A stretch of DNA of 63,866 nt, counting the filler, from Reticulomyxa filosa (Eukaryota; Protista; Foraminifera), in NCBI GenBank assembly GCA_000512085.1. It is 16 parts of 16 records of this genome, joined end to end, with 100 filler letters (N's around TTAATTAATTAA, not from the genome) between each part and the next. Parts side by side here need not be neighbours in the genome. Positions count along the whole stretch, not along the records: positions 41,753 to 52,522 come from ASPP01002723.1; positions 52,623 to 53,622 come from ASPP01049900.1; positions 53,723 to 55,773 come from ASPP01008362.1; positions 55,874 to 56,984 come from ASPP01046353.1; positions 57,085 to 60,666 come from ASPP01029407.1; positions 60,767 to 62,498 come from ASPP01044276.1; positions 62,599 to 63,866 come from ASPP01043403.1; 9 more parts are not named here. One strand, 5' to 3'. Below, one piece after another: positions 49,988-62,637 of this stretch (the stretch's first letter is position 1; each line of letters starts with the position of its first letter). Below the pieces are notes generated by a model that saw only the letters and a program-made list of their open reading frames with translations, was not told where the DNA came from and did no database searches. Position numbers and translations under genes: made by a program.

Positions 49988-52296
49988 TAGAGGTAATTAA
50001 TTTTTACTATCTGTTTGAATAATTATTGCATATATTGGTATTATTCAATTCCTCTTGTTTTATAAAAACGACAAATATGTTGATAAAATTGCAAGTTATT
50101 CCTTAATCAATATTTCAATTTAACAAAAAAGAGAAAAACGTTAGTAAATTTCTTAATTATAAAACAGGCACAGATAAAATAAAAAACAAATCAAAGAAGA
50201 TATTATACATATCTTCTAATACAATTTGTTTTTGAGTAAAATTTACCATCAATTGTGAAATACTGATTATATCACAGATGTAAACTGTTCTTTTTTACTG
50301 TTTTTATTGTTTTTGCTTGGTTAAGGCTTCAGTAACATTCATGTTAACCTTTTCTAGAGTTTTTGATGATTATTGTCTATTTTCACAAAACAAAACAAAA
50401 CAATCTTCGTTGCTTTTTTGTGTTTTTTCCTTCAATGGGTGTTCAAGTTTGTTGAAAGTGTGTTTTCTTGAATCAAATATTTATTTTGAACTTTTTTGTA
50501 AAGCAGTGTCGCAACGTCTTTGGTCATGGGTCATTTGGTCTCATTGTTTTAGTCAATTTTAATTTCCAAAGAACGAATATTTGACGTCACACCTTCAAAC
50601 AACTTTAAGACATCGAAACGCATTCAGAGGCAGTCAAGGCGACGCTAAAAAAGATAGAAAAAAAAATTGGGAAAATTGGAAAATGGATAAGTTTAATGTG
50701 TTCGAACGAATATGCCAAAAGTTCGACATAAGCGAGTTCATGACGAGTGTGTACCAAAGCAGCAACAACCAGTACTATCATTTCTTTTAACAAAGCTATG
50801 AAATTGGTTCATTTTTGATTTTACATTCCAAATCCTCTAAAAATTGCAATTTCTTGCGAATTCCATTTATTTTTTAACTCACCACATATCTTTATCCAAT
50901 TTTGATCCTATTTAATCAGTTTTTGTAATTTATCATTGAATTCATTATAACCTTTATCAAAGGCATGAATTTGATTAATTACTATTATTGTTGTTTTTCA
51001 ATCGATACTTCTCTTTCGATGGAACAAAGGTGGTTATATTGTTCAATGCACTGTGTATATTCTAAAAGGACTCCAGACAGTAACTTAGGGTCCTTTTTTT
51101 TGCGATGGAATAAAAATATAGCAAATTAATGCAGTGGAAAAAGTTATTAAAGGGATACTATGATTGACCAGAATTTGAAAACATGAGAATGAGCTTGGAA
51201 GATGAAGAATGAAAATTTTGTAAAGTATCTATTGCTTTGTCTAAAATCTGCAACACCTTTTGTTTGAAAATTTGCTCATCATCCAGCTGTATTAGGTAAA
51301 AAATCTTTATAAAGCAAAGCAAACTTTATTTGCTTTTAATGTGATGAAATAATAACACACTTGCTTGGGTCAAGATATTGGAGGAAAAAACGTTCTTGAG
51401 AGGCTGGTTATTATGAAAAGTAAAAGTACACAAATTTTTATTCGTCCTTTTATGTTTTTGGCAAGGATAAAGTGCATTAAAATGTTAACATTTCGCACTT
51501 TTGAGAGATTGGATGAACAATGGAAAATTATTCATTTGATTTTCTTTTATTGTTCACCAAATTGCGACAAAGTCATTATTAGGACTAATTGCATATTTTT
51601 GCAAAAGTAACTTTGAAGAGAACTCTTTGCCATAAAAAAAATTTAAAAAAGCAATGAAAAAACATTGAACAAAGCTCTAAATTCAATGATTCAGTATGGA
51701 AATAAGCCACAAACTATTGATTGGAATTGTTTGAAATGGGTTCTGTATTTAAATTACTCATTTCCTATAATTTTGAGTAAACTAGAAATTAAAACAAATA
51801 AATTCTTGTTGACTCCAAAAAAGTTTTTTTGATGAAAAACAAACCTTGTTTGCTAGTAAAGAAGCAAAAATACTAAGAAATTAGAAGTTATTCCAGTTTT
51901 AACAAGTCATTCATTTTCGTTCATCAACTATACTCATATTCTCTTTGTATAGTTTCAGAGATTTGTTAATTGTTGCAATGACAAAAAGAAGAATTCTTTC
52001 CTATAGAAAAAAAATATCATTTGTGTGCATGCATAAATAATGGGTGTCATTGTGATTTATTAAGGCACAAAGTTTTGATTGTAAATATTGTCTCATTACA
52101 AAGTTTATATTTATTAAATAAAAGAAATTCATTTTAATTTTTTATTGACCTTTCGTGGTCTTGAAAAAAACGCGTCTTTTCATCATCAAAGCTCATCTCA
52201 AGGAAAAAAAGGAGATACTTTAGCTTAGTAATGAAAGTTTCGTTTAAGTTGTTTTTTTAGATTTCTTCTTCTCATTTTGCTTTATGCTTGGAACAG

Positions 52297-52522
52297 TCAA
52301 AAGAAGAAGAGATCCAAATCATTGTTCATTATTGGATTCGAACATTAAATATTCAATTAGGATGGATCAAAGATTTTGATAAACTCGTTGTTCAATTATG
52401 TTAGTTCATTTGTTCTTTATTTTCTTAAATGCCAATCAAAACATTGTAATATTATTTACATAGGTGTATAATATCTTCATGTTTGACACATTTCGTTCAT
52501 CATCCAAATTAATCAATACATT
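52297..52522 (+). pseudogene. 5' part of a WD40-family gene with the 'LGWI' box exon (1-nt insertion; truncated by contig end)
   Basis: AG|SKEEEIQIIVHYWIRTLNIQLGWIKDFDKLVV..|GT intron 52400-52463, then VYNIFMFDTFRSSSKLINT. This mirrors the box-intron-'KLLxxxxGH' layout of 43151-44320; the WD40 repeats themselves lie beyond the contig end. Confidence 0.65.
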
Positions 52523-52622
52523 NNNNNNNNNNNNNNNNNNNNNNNNNNNNNNNNNNNNNNNNNNNNTTAATTAATTAANNNNNNNNNNNNNNNNNNNNNN
52601 NNNNNNNNNNNNNNNNNNNNNN

Positions 52623-52650
52623 GTGTTCAGTTTTTTTGCAACATACTGTA
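52623..52650 (-). mobile_element. Possible Tc1/mariner-type terminal inverted repeat end
   Basis: Reverse strand reads TA|CAGTATGTTGCAAAAAAACTGAACAC (CAGT terminus flanked by TA). The same core occurs at 13357-13374. Confidence 0.4.
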
Positions 52651-52986
52651 TATGAAATGTATTAATATAAATTAATAAAAACAAATAATAATGAAAAGGA
52701 TTATGATTTATAAATATTTGTATGTTGTAGTCATTGTAATACAACAGAAGAAGACCTTTTAAAAAAATAATACAAATATATTTCTAAATAAGCCAAAAAT
52801 ATTTATCAAAAATGCATGTCGATAAAATGAGCAAGCTCAACGAAAAAGAAGAAATAATTCACAATGTGTAACAATGAATCAGAACTTTTATAATATTTTC
52901 AACAACACCTAGAAAAGTAATATTTGATTCAGAAGACCACGAAAAAGGAATTAAGTTATTTTACTAAATATTTTTGTAATGTTATG

Positions 52987-53160
52987 TGCATACGACAATT
53001 TGGTGAAAGTTTATCGCAAAAAAGGAGAATATGACAAAGTAAATTAGTATCATTAAAAATTGGACTGTTTAATTAGTACATTATATTATTACTTATAGAC
53101 AATTTATATTTTTTTTATCACAAAGGAGAATATGATAAAACAATTGAATATCATGAAAAA
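52987..53160 (+). pseudogene. Decayed TPR-repeat gene fragment
   Basis: AYDNLVKVYRKKGEYDKV* and YHKGEYDKTIEYHEK are two TPR-like units interrupted by stops. Confidence 0.6.
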
Positions 53161-53403
53161 TTTGTAAGCGTATTTGAAATAAGTTTTGAATACATAAAAG
53201 GAATAAAAGTGAATTTTATTTTGTATTGTAAAGTTTGTTTTTGTTGTTGGACATTTTACATTATTTATAATAAGTTTATTTTAATCTGCTATTACTTTTT
53301 ACTTTTGGAAAAAAAGGAAATAGAAAGAAAGCATGATTTATATGTATTTTAATTGTACTTCTTTATGGAAAATCAATTATCTCTATAATGCAGCATTTAA
53401 ATT

Positions 53404-53622
53404 TCAAAATTTACTATATTGGAAAATAATTTGATTAAAATCGTCAATCCATCCCAGTTTTATCTTTAAGGTTCGAATCCAATATTCAGTAATAAGTTTT
53501 ATTTCTTTTTTTGGCTATTCATTATTTATTATTTAGTTTCATACAATAAAATTTGACAAAAAAAAAGGGGTTGAAAGAAAATTACCAACAGTGAGCCATC
53601 CCATACACGCACTTTTGTCTTT
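53404..53622 (-). CDS. 3' end of a Kelch-like paralog with the C-terminal 'LGWI' box exon
   Basis: KTKVRVWDGSLL, intron 53585-53515, then PKKEIKLITEYWIRTLKIKLGWIDDFNQIIFQYSKF*. Parallels the 3' end of 48767-49987. Confidence 0.8.
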
Positions 53623-53849
53623 NNNNNNNNNNNNNNNNNNNNNNNNNNNNNNNNNNNNNNNNNNNNTTAATTAATTAANNNNNNNNNNNNNNNNNNNNNN
53701 NNNNNNNNNNNNNNNNNNNNNNTTTTTTAAAATAGAAAGTCTTTTTTACTCAAATTTTGCTTTAAGTGTTGCTGTTATGATTCACTAGTAAAAATATTCA
53801 AAAATTATAATAATTCCATTCATTGTTTCTTTAGTTTTTTCTTTCACTT

Positions 53850-54150
53850 TTGTATTGTATTAGATTTTCAATGGATGGTGATATTATTGTTACATCGACA
53901 GACTTTAGAACAATTCAAATATGGAATGTGCAATTAGAGAAAGAAATTCGAAGTTTCAGAGGATATAACGACTGCATCGATTTTACAAAATTTTCATCAT
54001 TTGATGGAATAATAAAATTATGTGATATAAATACTATAAATATGATACAAACGTTAACTGATAATTTAGATCGAATAGAAAGTGTTCAATTTTCGCCATC
54101 GTATCAACATCTGTGAATACAATCAGCTTTTGGAATGTAAAAACAGGTGT
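53850..54150 (+). pseudogene. Decayed WD40-repeat fragment
   Basis: IRFSMDGDIIVTSTDFRTIQIWNV...SFDGIIKLCD...IESVQFSP, with deletions and stops. Confidence 0.6.
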
Positions 54151-55873
54151 TTGCAAATGATTGCAACATTTCTATTTAAACGTTATATATGTTCAATTTC
54201 ACTTTTCTATCATAATAATTAGCTTTTAAGTAATTAAAAATCATATATTTTTAAATGTTCAAATTTGGTTTTATGCAAATAATGAAGAAAAAATTTAATT
54301 ATAGAGAAAATTAATTTTAAGGATTCGACAAATAATAGAATAACTGGATCCTGAATTTTATTTTTTCACAAAATATTATATACAAATTATAATTTTAATT
54401 AATGATATGAAAAAAAGAAAATAAATCAAGAATAGTTTATAATAATATTTTACATATTTGAAATTTTATATAATGCATATTCAAGTGTTATCTTATACAT
54501 GATAATGCAAAAGAAAGTTGACTAAAATTACACTTTATAAAATAATTCATTAAGAAGTAATATATAACATAAGAAACAAACTGAAGTATATGTTATAAAA
54601 TCTTAAATGAAATATATTTATTTGTTAATCAGAAATTGAAAAAATATAAGAGTAATGAAAATTGATACAACAAAAGTTCAAATATGATAACTGAACGATT
54701 CATTCAATCAAGTAACCACAAATATCAATATTCATACAAGCGAACAAAAACAAAAAATCTTAAATTTAATTCAACAATGATTTTCTTTTTTTAAACAGAC
54801 TGATTCAATAATGTTATGATTCAGTAGGATTTTGCTTTTAAATTGGATTTTGTGTCATGTGTTAACGTTGACTTTTTTTTTTAAATAAACAAAATATTAA
54901 GTTGTTTTTGAATAGTTATTCTGTGAAAGTCTTCGATTAGCAAATGTACCACATATTGCACTACAAATTTCACACGCTTTGGTTGATTTAAATCAACATG
55001 ACAACATAAAAGTAACATTTATAACGAAATACGAATCGAAAATCAATGTAGCATAAAATAGAAATTGTATTTTAACTACTAAATCATTCCAATACAATAT
55101 TCAAAGTGTAACTGCAAAAAACACATTATATGTCGATATTGTCATAATAAGAATATGCATCAAGCAACCAAAGATTTACTCACAGAAAAAAACAACAATT
55201 TTAGATGATGGTAAGTAGTGAATATATCCTCAATGGATTTATGCAAGCAGTAATTGAGATGTCGTGTTCAAGAAATAAATAGATATATTGTACATGTTTT
55301 TCGCGAATCATTTATACTTACGAAAAAAATATGCGACAGCAGCGAAAAAGTTTCAACAATAAAGGCATATCATAATAATGATGTTATTCTAATAAACAAA
55401 CTCAAGCAACAAATGGATAATTACATTAATGGTAAACCTATTGATGCAATATTTTTAAATATTCAACAAAAGCGCTTGTAAGGAAAAGAATGATATTCAG
55501 AAATTTCCAATATTGAACAAAATCAAGCTTTGAAACATATCCAAGAAATAGTTACACAAGAACAAAGTATACAAATGGGAAATGAAAAAATTATTGATTC
55601 TTTAAAAAAACAACAACAAAAATCCGACGAGAAGGATAAAGAAATTGAAAAATTAAAGGCGATTATAGCAAATTTGTAATATGAAAACAATGAAAAGACT
55701 GCTTTATTGAATCAAAAATGTAATCAAATGAATAAACACAAAAAAGATGCTGATGAATTGAAAGCTGAGAATTNNNNNNNNNNNNNNNNNNNNNNNNNNN
55801 NNNNNNNNNNNNNNNNNTTAATTAATTAANNNNNNNNNNNNNNNNNNNNNNNNNNNNNNNNNNNNNNNNNNNN

Positions 55874-56984
55874 GCATTGGAAAAGAATTGTGCGCAGGAG
55901 AATTTGCCCATTATGTGTTAACATTTGATAACATTTTGAAAATGGTGGCCATTGCGCAGCAAATCCGATCAGACACGCCAGTAATTTTAATGGGAGAAAC
56001 AGGCTGTGGCAAGACTTCATTGATCAAATGTCTTGCCAAGGTTGCCAATGTCAAATTGGAAGCGGTGGATGTGCATGGAGGCTTTACGAGAACTGACATT
56101 CGTCAGATTGTGCGCGATTGCACCGAGCAATTCAACATGCAAGGTCTGAAAGAAATGTGGATATTTTTGGACGAAATCAACACATCCCCAGATCTTGGAT
56201 GGTTCAAGGAATTGATTTGCAATCACACTATTGATGGAATCAATATTCCAAAGGCAGTTAAAATCATTGGTGCTTGCAATCCATATCGACGAAGAAGATT
56301 TGATGGCCACGTGAAAGAAAGCGTTTCCAAAGACCCCCTCAGCCAGTACGTATACCGCGTTTTCCCATTGCCCGAAACCATGAAAGAGTACGTATGGCAG
56401 TTTGGCAGACTATCGAATTTGGATGAGAAACAATATATCCTGGAAATGACGAAAAAGACTATTGCTAGATTGTACCCCAAAAAGTCTCAAAAATGGAGTT
56501 CGTCCATCCCTTCTATTGTTAGAAAAATTTCAATTTCGCAAAACTTTTTACGCAAAAACTTGCAAGATAAGGCAATTGTGTCGCTTCGCGATGTGGCCAG
56601 ATGCTTGAGTACGTATTCCTGGCTCCGTCGACGATCTTCCAAAACGTATGCTGTGTCGAATTGGTCGGGGAAATGTTTGACTATTGCATTGGGATTATGC
56701 TATTACTTCAAGCTGAATAAAAAAGAGAGGGAAGACTATAATAAGGTGATTTCGAGCAATTGGGGTACTCCCTTTGATCGACAATTACAAGAGGAAATAG
56801 ATACATTATGTAACTGTTTTGAAATTCCATCAGGAGTGGCCAGGAACCAGGCTTTGAAAGAAAATTTGTTTGTATTGTATCTGTGCATTATGACAACAAC
56901 ACCGATTATTTTAGTTGGAAAGCCAGGAACATCGAAAACACTTTCGTATCAAATCATTCGAAACAATTTGTCACACTCTGGAAT
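55874..56984 (+). CDS. RNF213 (mysterin)-like dynein-related AAA+ ATPase, internal fragment
   Basis: YVLTFDNILKM..PVILMGETGCGKT (Walker A), IFLDEINT (Walker B), ACNPYR, VYRVFPLP..VWQFGRL, VSLRDV, NQALKENLF, and a second Walker A LVGKPGTSKT. This motif series is characteristic of RNF213. Confidence 0.85.
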
Positions 56985-57769
56985 NNNNNNNNNNNNNNNN
57001 NNNNNNNNNNNNNNNNNNNNNNNNNNNNTTAATTAATTAANNNNNNNNNNNNNNNNNNNNNNNNNNNNNNNNNNNNNNNNNNNNTGAATTGTGTTGAGAA
57101 GAGAGTTTTAACCCAATGGGGGGTCCCAACGTTCCGTTAGAGTTGGGGATTTATAATAGGGACTTCCCCTACTCTGTTCGCAAATATAAACTTTATTTTG
57201 ATATTTTCTTATGTTTGTGCATTTAAGTATATCATCTAATTTTTTTTTGACGAAAAAACAATAAATAAAAGGGGCATTTTGGAAATGCAGCTTATTTTCC
57301 ATTGTTTTTCTTCAAATGCATTTGTAGACATTCTTTTCTTACCCAATAAACTTGTTCTGCATTTTCATGTTTATTACAATTTGATTACAAAGACAACATT
57401 TTTGTCAGATAATATAAGATTAATTTGATAATTTAAAATGTCAAAATAAAAAGTTAACATTAAAGAAAAAATAATAAACCTGTATTCTCTTATATTTGAA
57501 ATTGTTATACTTTGGATATAAAGAAATAGCATTGATATATTTACTTTATCAAAATAGAATAAAAAGATCCATTTTAGGATATTAAATGTAATTTTTTTTG
57601 AAAAATTTAAACTTTGCAAATATTAATATATTATAACAATGCCTAACTAAATGGAACAAAAAAGAGTTTTGCATAACATTCAAATTTTGTATTTCAAATA
57701 TTACTTTTAAATTATTAATGACAAAACGCCTCTTGCAATAAATAAATTACTACTTCTAAACAAAAAAAT

Positions 57770-58400
57770 TTTAAAATGTTATCAAGAGTTGACGAATGAT
57801 AAGTTTGATCTTCAATTCTCGGTTTGAGTGATTTTGTTTGATCCGACCTGTCATTACACATCACAATATCTTTTTTTTTTTTTTTTTCACTTACCAATCA
57901 AAAGAATCCTCTTTGTAGTAAACAAAACTGAATAAATCTTAATGTGCCAATTCCGTCAACACATCATAATTGTGCAATCTTTTTTTGTAAAAAAAAAATT
58001 GTTTTATTATTAATTATTATTACTAAAAATTTGTTTATTTAAAAAAAAACTAAACTTGATGATACCATTGAGTCCACTTAGCATTTGCAAAATATTCAAC
58101 TCATTGCGATCTTTTTTTTCGGAATCGATCTAAAAGCATACGCACACATATTCCAATCCAATACTTTTAATGAGGAAAAAGAGGGACCACTTTATCACGC
58201 ACGACCCAATCATTCAAAAAAAAAAAAAAATAAATAATAATAACTTTGAACACTTTCAAAGCTATTTGACATTGATATTTTTATCGACCACTTCGAAAAC
58301 ATGTCCCGAAATACCGCTTGATATTGGAGCTACAATAGTCAATTCATGAGTGTTTGCATTTTCTCCAATAAACTTTACATCGTGTCTACTCTTGTCTTAA
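57770..58400 (-). pseudogene. Degenerate protein kinase N-lobe exons
   Basis: ISSGISGHVFEV...LKVFK (subdomains I-II), RNELNILQMLSGLNGIIK (III-IV) and KLIIRQLL (VIa), with in-frame stops. Confidence 0.5.
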
Positions 58401-59984
58401 ATCGCTCTTACAACATCGTTGTTTGATGACATTTGTGCCAATTTGTTCTTTTCGTCTTTTTCTTCTTTTTTTTTACTTCTTCGATAAAATGTTGAATCGA
58501 ACTCAACATGTTTGAAATGATCTGTGTACTGTTTTACTGTTTCCAATCGATTCAGTAGTTGCACTTGGATTGGAGGTCAATGGCGGATTGACTTGCTGTC
58601 GTACTTGTGTTCGTGTTGCTTGTGTTTGCGGAGTAAATGTTGGAATCTGTTACTACTCATATGGCTTCCCGTTTGTTTCATGGTTACACTGCAACTTGTT
58701 TGCATTTCTCGGGACGAATGCGAAGTGAAAGATACGTTCGCAGATGAATCGCTAAATACCTGTACTGATAATGTTTCCGCGCTTTTACTTTGTGTTTTCA
58801 TTGCACATTCCGCTTTTTTTTCGACAAGGTCCTCTTTCTTTTTTTTTTATATTTGAACCACCAATTGCCAGTTTTGGCACAACGTCTTGCAGATCACTGT
58901 CCTTGCTCATACATAAACTCATTTCTTTTTGCAAAAAAAAACCAAAACAACTTTCTAACCTTTCAACAAAAACTTTCCACCCTTTTTTTTTTTTTAGCTG
59001 TGTTCACTTTCTTCACAAAATTACTTTTAACAAAAAAATCATATATAGTCAAACAAAACTCTGTCTTTTCTGATCAATTTCCGTGGTGTCAATGTCAATG
59101 ACTTTCATTTGAGGAAAATTTGCTAAAGTGCGCTTGATACAATCGACGAGCTCGGGGGTGTAATGAGCAAATGAATTTTGTCCTTGTTGTTATTATTGTT
59201 GAAGGTATACGTATATGTGGATTGCACTTTATGCAAAAGCAGCACGTGCACATGTTTGGAACTGACACGTTGCAAACTTTCTTGAAACGCAAGTATCCCA
59301 TACAACTTCTATTCAATGTTGTCTTGCAAAATGTTCAGTACTTACTTTGCTACTATCGTGCTCACTCAGTCCATTCACTTTTGCCCAGTTTCGGATTTGT
59401 GTTCACAAGAAAAAATGATATTGCCGTCAATATTACTGCGATCACTGCCAGATGCTTTGGATTTTATGTCATGTCATATATTTCTTTTTTTAAGATATTT
59501 GATTGTTTAGCAAACTTTTTTGTTTCTACTTCGTACACACACCCTTTAGTGTGATGTGCAAAAAAAAAAAAATTCTGCTTATTATAGGGAGAACAACACA
59601 AAGGAAAATTAAAACACCTTAATTTCCAAGTTACGCAACTTGCGAGGGATAAAAAGCAAACAATCCCAAAAAATGCAATTTTAATCCATGAACGCGGTCC
59701 TTTTGTTTATGTAATCAACGGAAGTAAGCAAAAAATGATTCTTATTATATAAAGAACAGTCACTAGTCTTTTGATGGTTGTTATTTCTTTTTCTTTCAAA
59801 ATACGAACATTTTCGTCCTGTTATGTAATAGCTCATTTTTGTAGGAGCGCTCAAACAACAATAAACCGGAGCTACTTCACACTTTTTTCTAGTTTTGCCA
59901 CGCTTTTTATTGGCACAAGGTAAAAACTTCAAAACTTAAAGAGGACTCTACGAAAAGTTTGAGTTCAGGGCCGAGAATAAAAAC

Positions 59985-60666
59985 ATGAGACATTATTTCA
60001 TTTCTCTGCTATTGATTGCTGCTCCTTTGGATGATTTTATCGCTGCACCTGATCCATATTATTCTTGGATCAACACTGGCGGCACTTACTCTGGCATGTA
60101 TGTAGTGCACTAATTTTTTCCACACACACACCCTTTCATAAAAAAATAACTTGTGGCTGTACGTGGACCCTCTTTTTGTGTTTACAGCTCCCCCAAAAAA
60201 AATGAATTTGTATGTAAAGTTTGATTACACACATTTTTTTAAAAAAAAATTATGTTTGGTCGTGGTAGTTCCAGAACGAGTAGACTATCATGACTTTGCA
60301 GTGGTAGTGGGAACAGGAGGAAGCAATAGAAACTACAACCAATGGCCTCCTCAAGACGAAGAATACTTTCGAGTATCTCAATACGTGACAACACATGTGC
60401 GATGTGTCGTAGCAATAATGTATCAAATTCCAAACGAACCGCTGCTATTTTTGGGACGATCCTTTACAAAAAGATCGCAGCGAAGATGATATAATTGCAT
60501 ATGGTTGGAGAATGTTTGGGATGTATCCATTGAATACGACATTCCGTTATAATTGGCTGATGCATTTCCCAATGGCAAAGGCACATATCCGAGCAATGGA
60601 TACCGTGCAAACATTTATCCACCAGAATTTTTTTATGGATATAACGAGATTCGCTGTAGCGGAGGG
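59985..60666 (+). CDS. PqaA/AprA (PhoPQ-activated pathogenicity-related) family secreted protein, 5' part
   Basis: MRHYFISLLLIAAPLDDFIAAPDPYYSW; TGGSN..PP; QIPNEPL; RSEDDIIAYGW; WLMHFPMAKAHIRAMDTVQ. Frameshift near 60450; truncated by contig end. Confidence 0.8.
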
Positions 60667-62637
60667 NNNNNNNNNNNNNNNNNNNNNNNNNNNNNNNNNN
60701 NNNNNNNNNNTTAATTAATTAANNNNNNNNNNNNNNNNNNNNNNNNNNNNNNNNNNNNNNNNNNNNATTGTCTTCAGCTCTCCTGATGACAACGCGTTTT
60801 CTAAATTGGCATCTTTTGACTCAAAATAGGACATTCCGATTGAATTTTAATTCGCACTACTTAAAACCAAATGACACATGTTGCATTATCATGCCCCTTT
60901 TTTTTTTTAACTAGTCAATGCAACTTTCTTTCTTTTTTGCATTGAGTAATTTCCATTTCTAGTTCCTTCTGTCGCTTTCCAGTTTTTTTTCCTGCAAGAC
61001 CTCAAGACCATATGCACAAATCCGAAAGAAAAGACGTTGCTCTCGTAGGAGTAAGGGGAAGGGGGAAAGATACTGTATTAGAAAAACCTCGAATTGAGAA
61101 AGTAATGAAGCAAATCTGCAAAGATTATCCATAAATTGAAGTATTAGACAGTGAAGATAATCCAATTTTTTCGGGAGTATTATTTTCTTTTTTTTTTTTG
61201 CGGATAGCTGTTGACTGCACGTTTAAAACAGCACCAAAAAAGTGGTATAACAAAGATCTGAAATAGGACATGATATACACGTTATACGAAGGAAAAGACA
61301 AGAAGGACAGTAGTATAAAGAGATAGAAATGACGGAGCATGAAGAGTGCTATACTTTAATCCTAAGCAACACAAAAGATGTGAAAAGTCCGTGATTGTAT
61401 TTTTCCAACGACAGTTTGTGGTTGAACTTTGGAGAGGAAAAGAAGAGCGGCAAGAAAGAGCCAGAAGAAAAAAAAGATTGACTGACACAAAACGAACAAA
61501 TGTATGAAATCATACAAGCAAAGCGGCGGGAACATATGGATACTCCACAATGACTTGAATGCCTTGGAACATTGGAGGCTGAGAAAGCCAATGATCGAGA
61601 TATCATCAAAAATAGTGATATATGCACTCCAAACTTCGAGGACAAAAGACGAGTGCATGAGCGAAATTGAGTGGAAATGGGATAATGACAACAATAGCAA
61701 AGAAGAATGAGAGATCAACTGGCAGGATTGGAACAGCGACTTTGTAGATTTTTTAAAAGTAATGATTGATGCACGTACTAGTCGTGGACTGTTATGCGTC
61801 ACCATCAGTCCCGTCAATTAGCACCAACTTTTGTTCCAATTCATACATATTTCTGTTCTTCCTTTGCTCCAATCGTTCCAATGCACCTTACCAAAGGATT
61901 ACTTTCCACTCTGTTTTCAATTTTTTTTTTGCATATTTTTTTCTACGATACAATTTGATAACTAATTAATAGTAATAATAATAACAATAAAAAGGAGTTG
62001 TTAGGAAAAAGGGAGAAAAAACAGATTGAGAGGAAAAAAGAAAGAGTGAGCTTATGTTTCGACGGAATTGAGAGAAAAATGTTGGAATGAAGCCAGTTGT
62101 ACGTCAATCTTATATATCACTTGTCATCAATTGTCCGTCCATCATCTTTGCTATATTTCGACTTGGAGCATAGACTCATTGCTGTTATCTCTTCCAGCTC
62201 GTGTCAGCCAAAGAGCTTGTTCTCGCTTTCTTCCATCCCTTCGTCATCGTCATTGTCGTCGCTGGGTTTGTCTTTGTTGGAAAGGAGACTGCATTACTAT
62301 TTGCAAAACCATACATGGTTTGCAAATGTGATGACATCGCCCCAATGCATTTTGAACTCGGCCAATGGCTTGGCATTGGCGATGACTTGTCCCTCTTTTG
62401 AGAAGTTATTATTTGTCAATGTCATCGCGTGGAGTGACTACCTCTTTTCGAGGAACTCCAGACCAATGGTGGGATTCCATGCCAATGGACAGCTGTCGNN
62501 NNNNNNNNNNNNNNNNNNNNNNNNNNNNNNNNNNNNNNNNNNTTAATTAATTAANNNNNNNNNNNNNNNNNNNNNNNNNNNNNNNNNNNNNNNNNNNNCT
62601 TAAATTATTTGTAGGAGATTATTTTTGTGTATTGATT

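Noticed and set aside
54655-55773. Coiled-coil-like coding remnants
   Set aside because: Fragmented by many stops and not assignable to a family.
62045-62498. Possible stop-codon reassignment in a coding-like stretch
   Set aside because: No frame gives a recognisable protein, and TAA, TAG and TGA all terminate well-supported genes elsewhere in the window.
6336-62598. Regularly recurring TTAATTAATTAA palindrome as a biological repeat or CRISPR-like array
   Set aside because: Always centred in exactly 88 N. It is a concatenation linker with stops in all frames.
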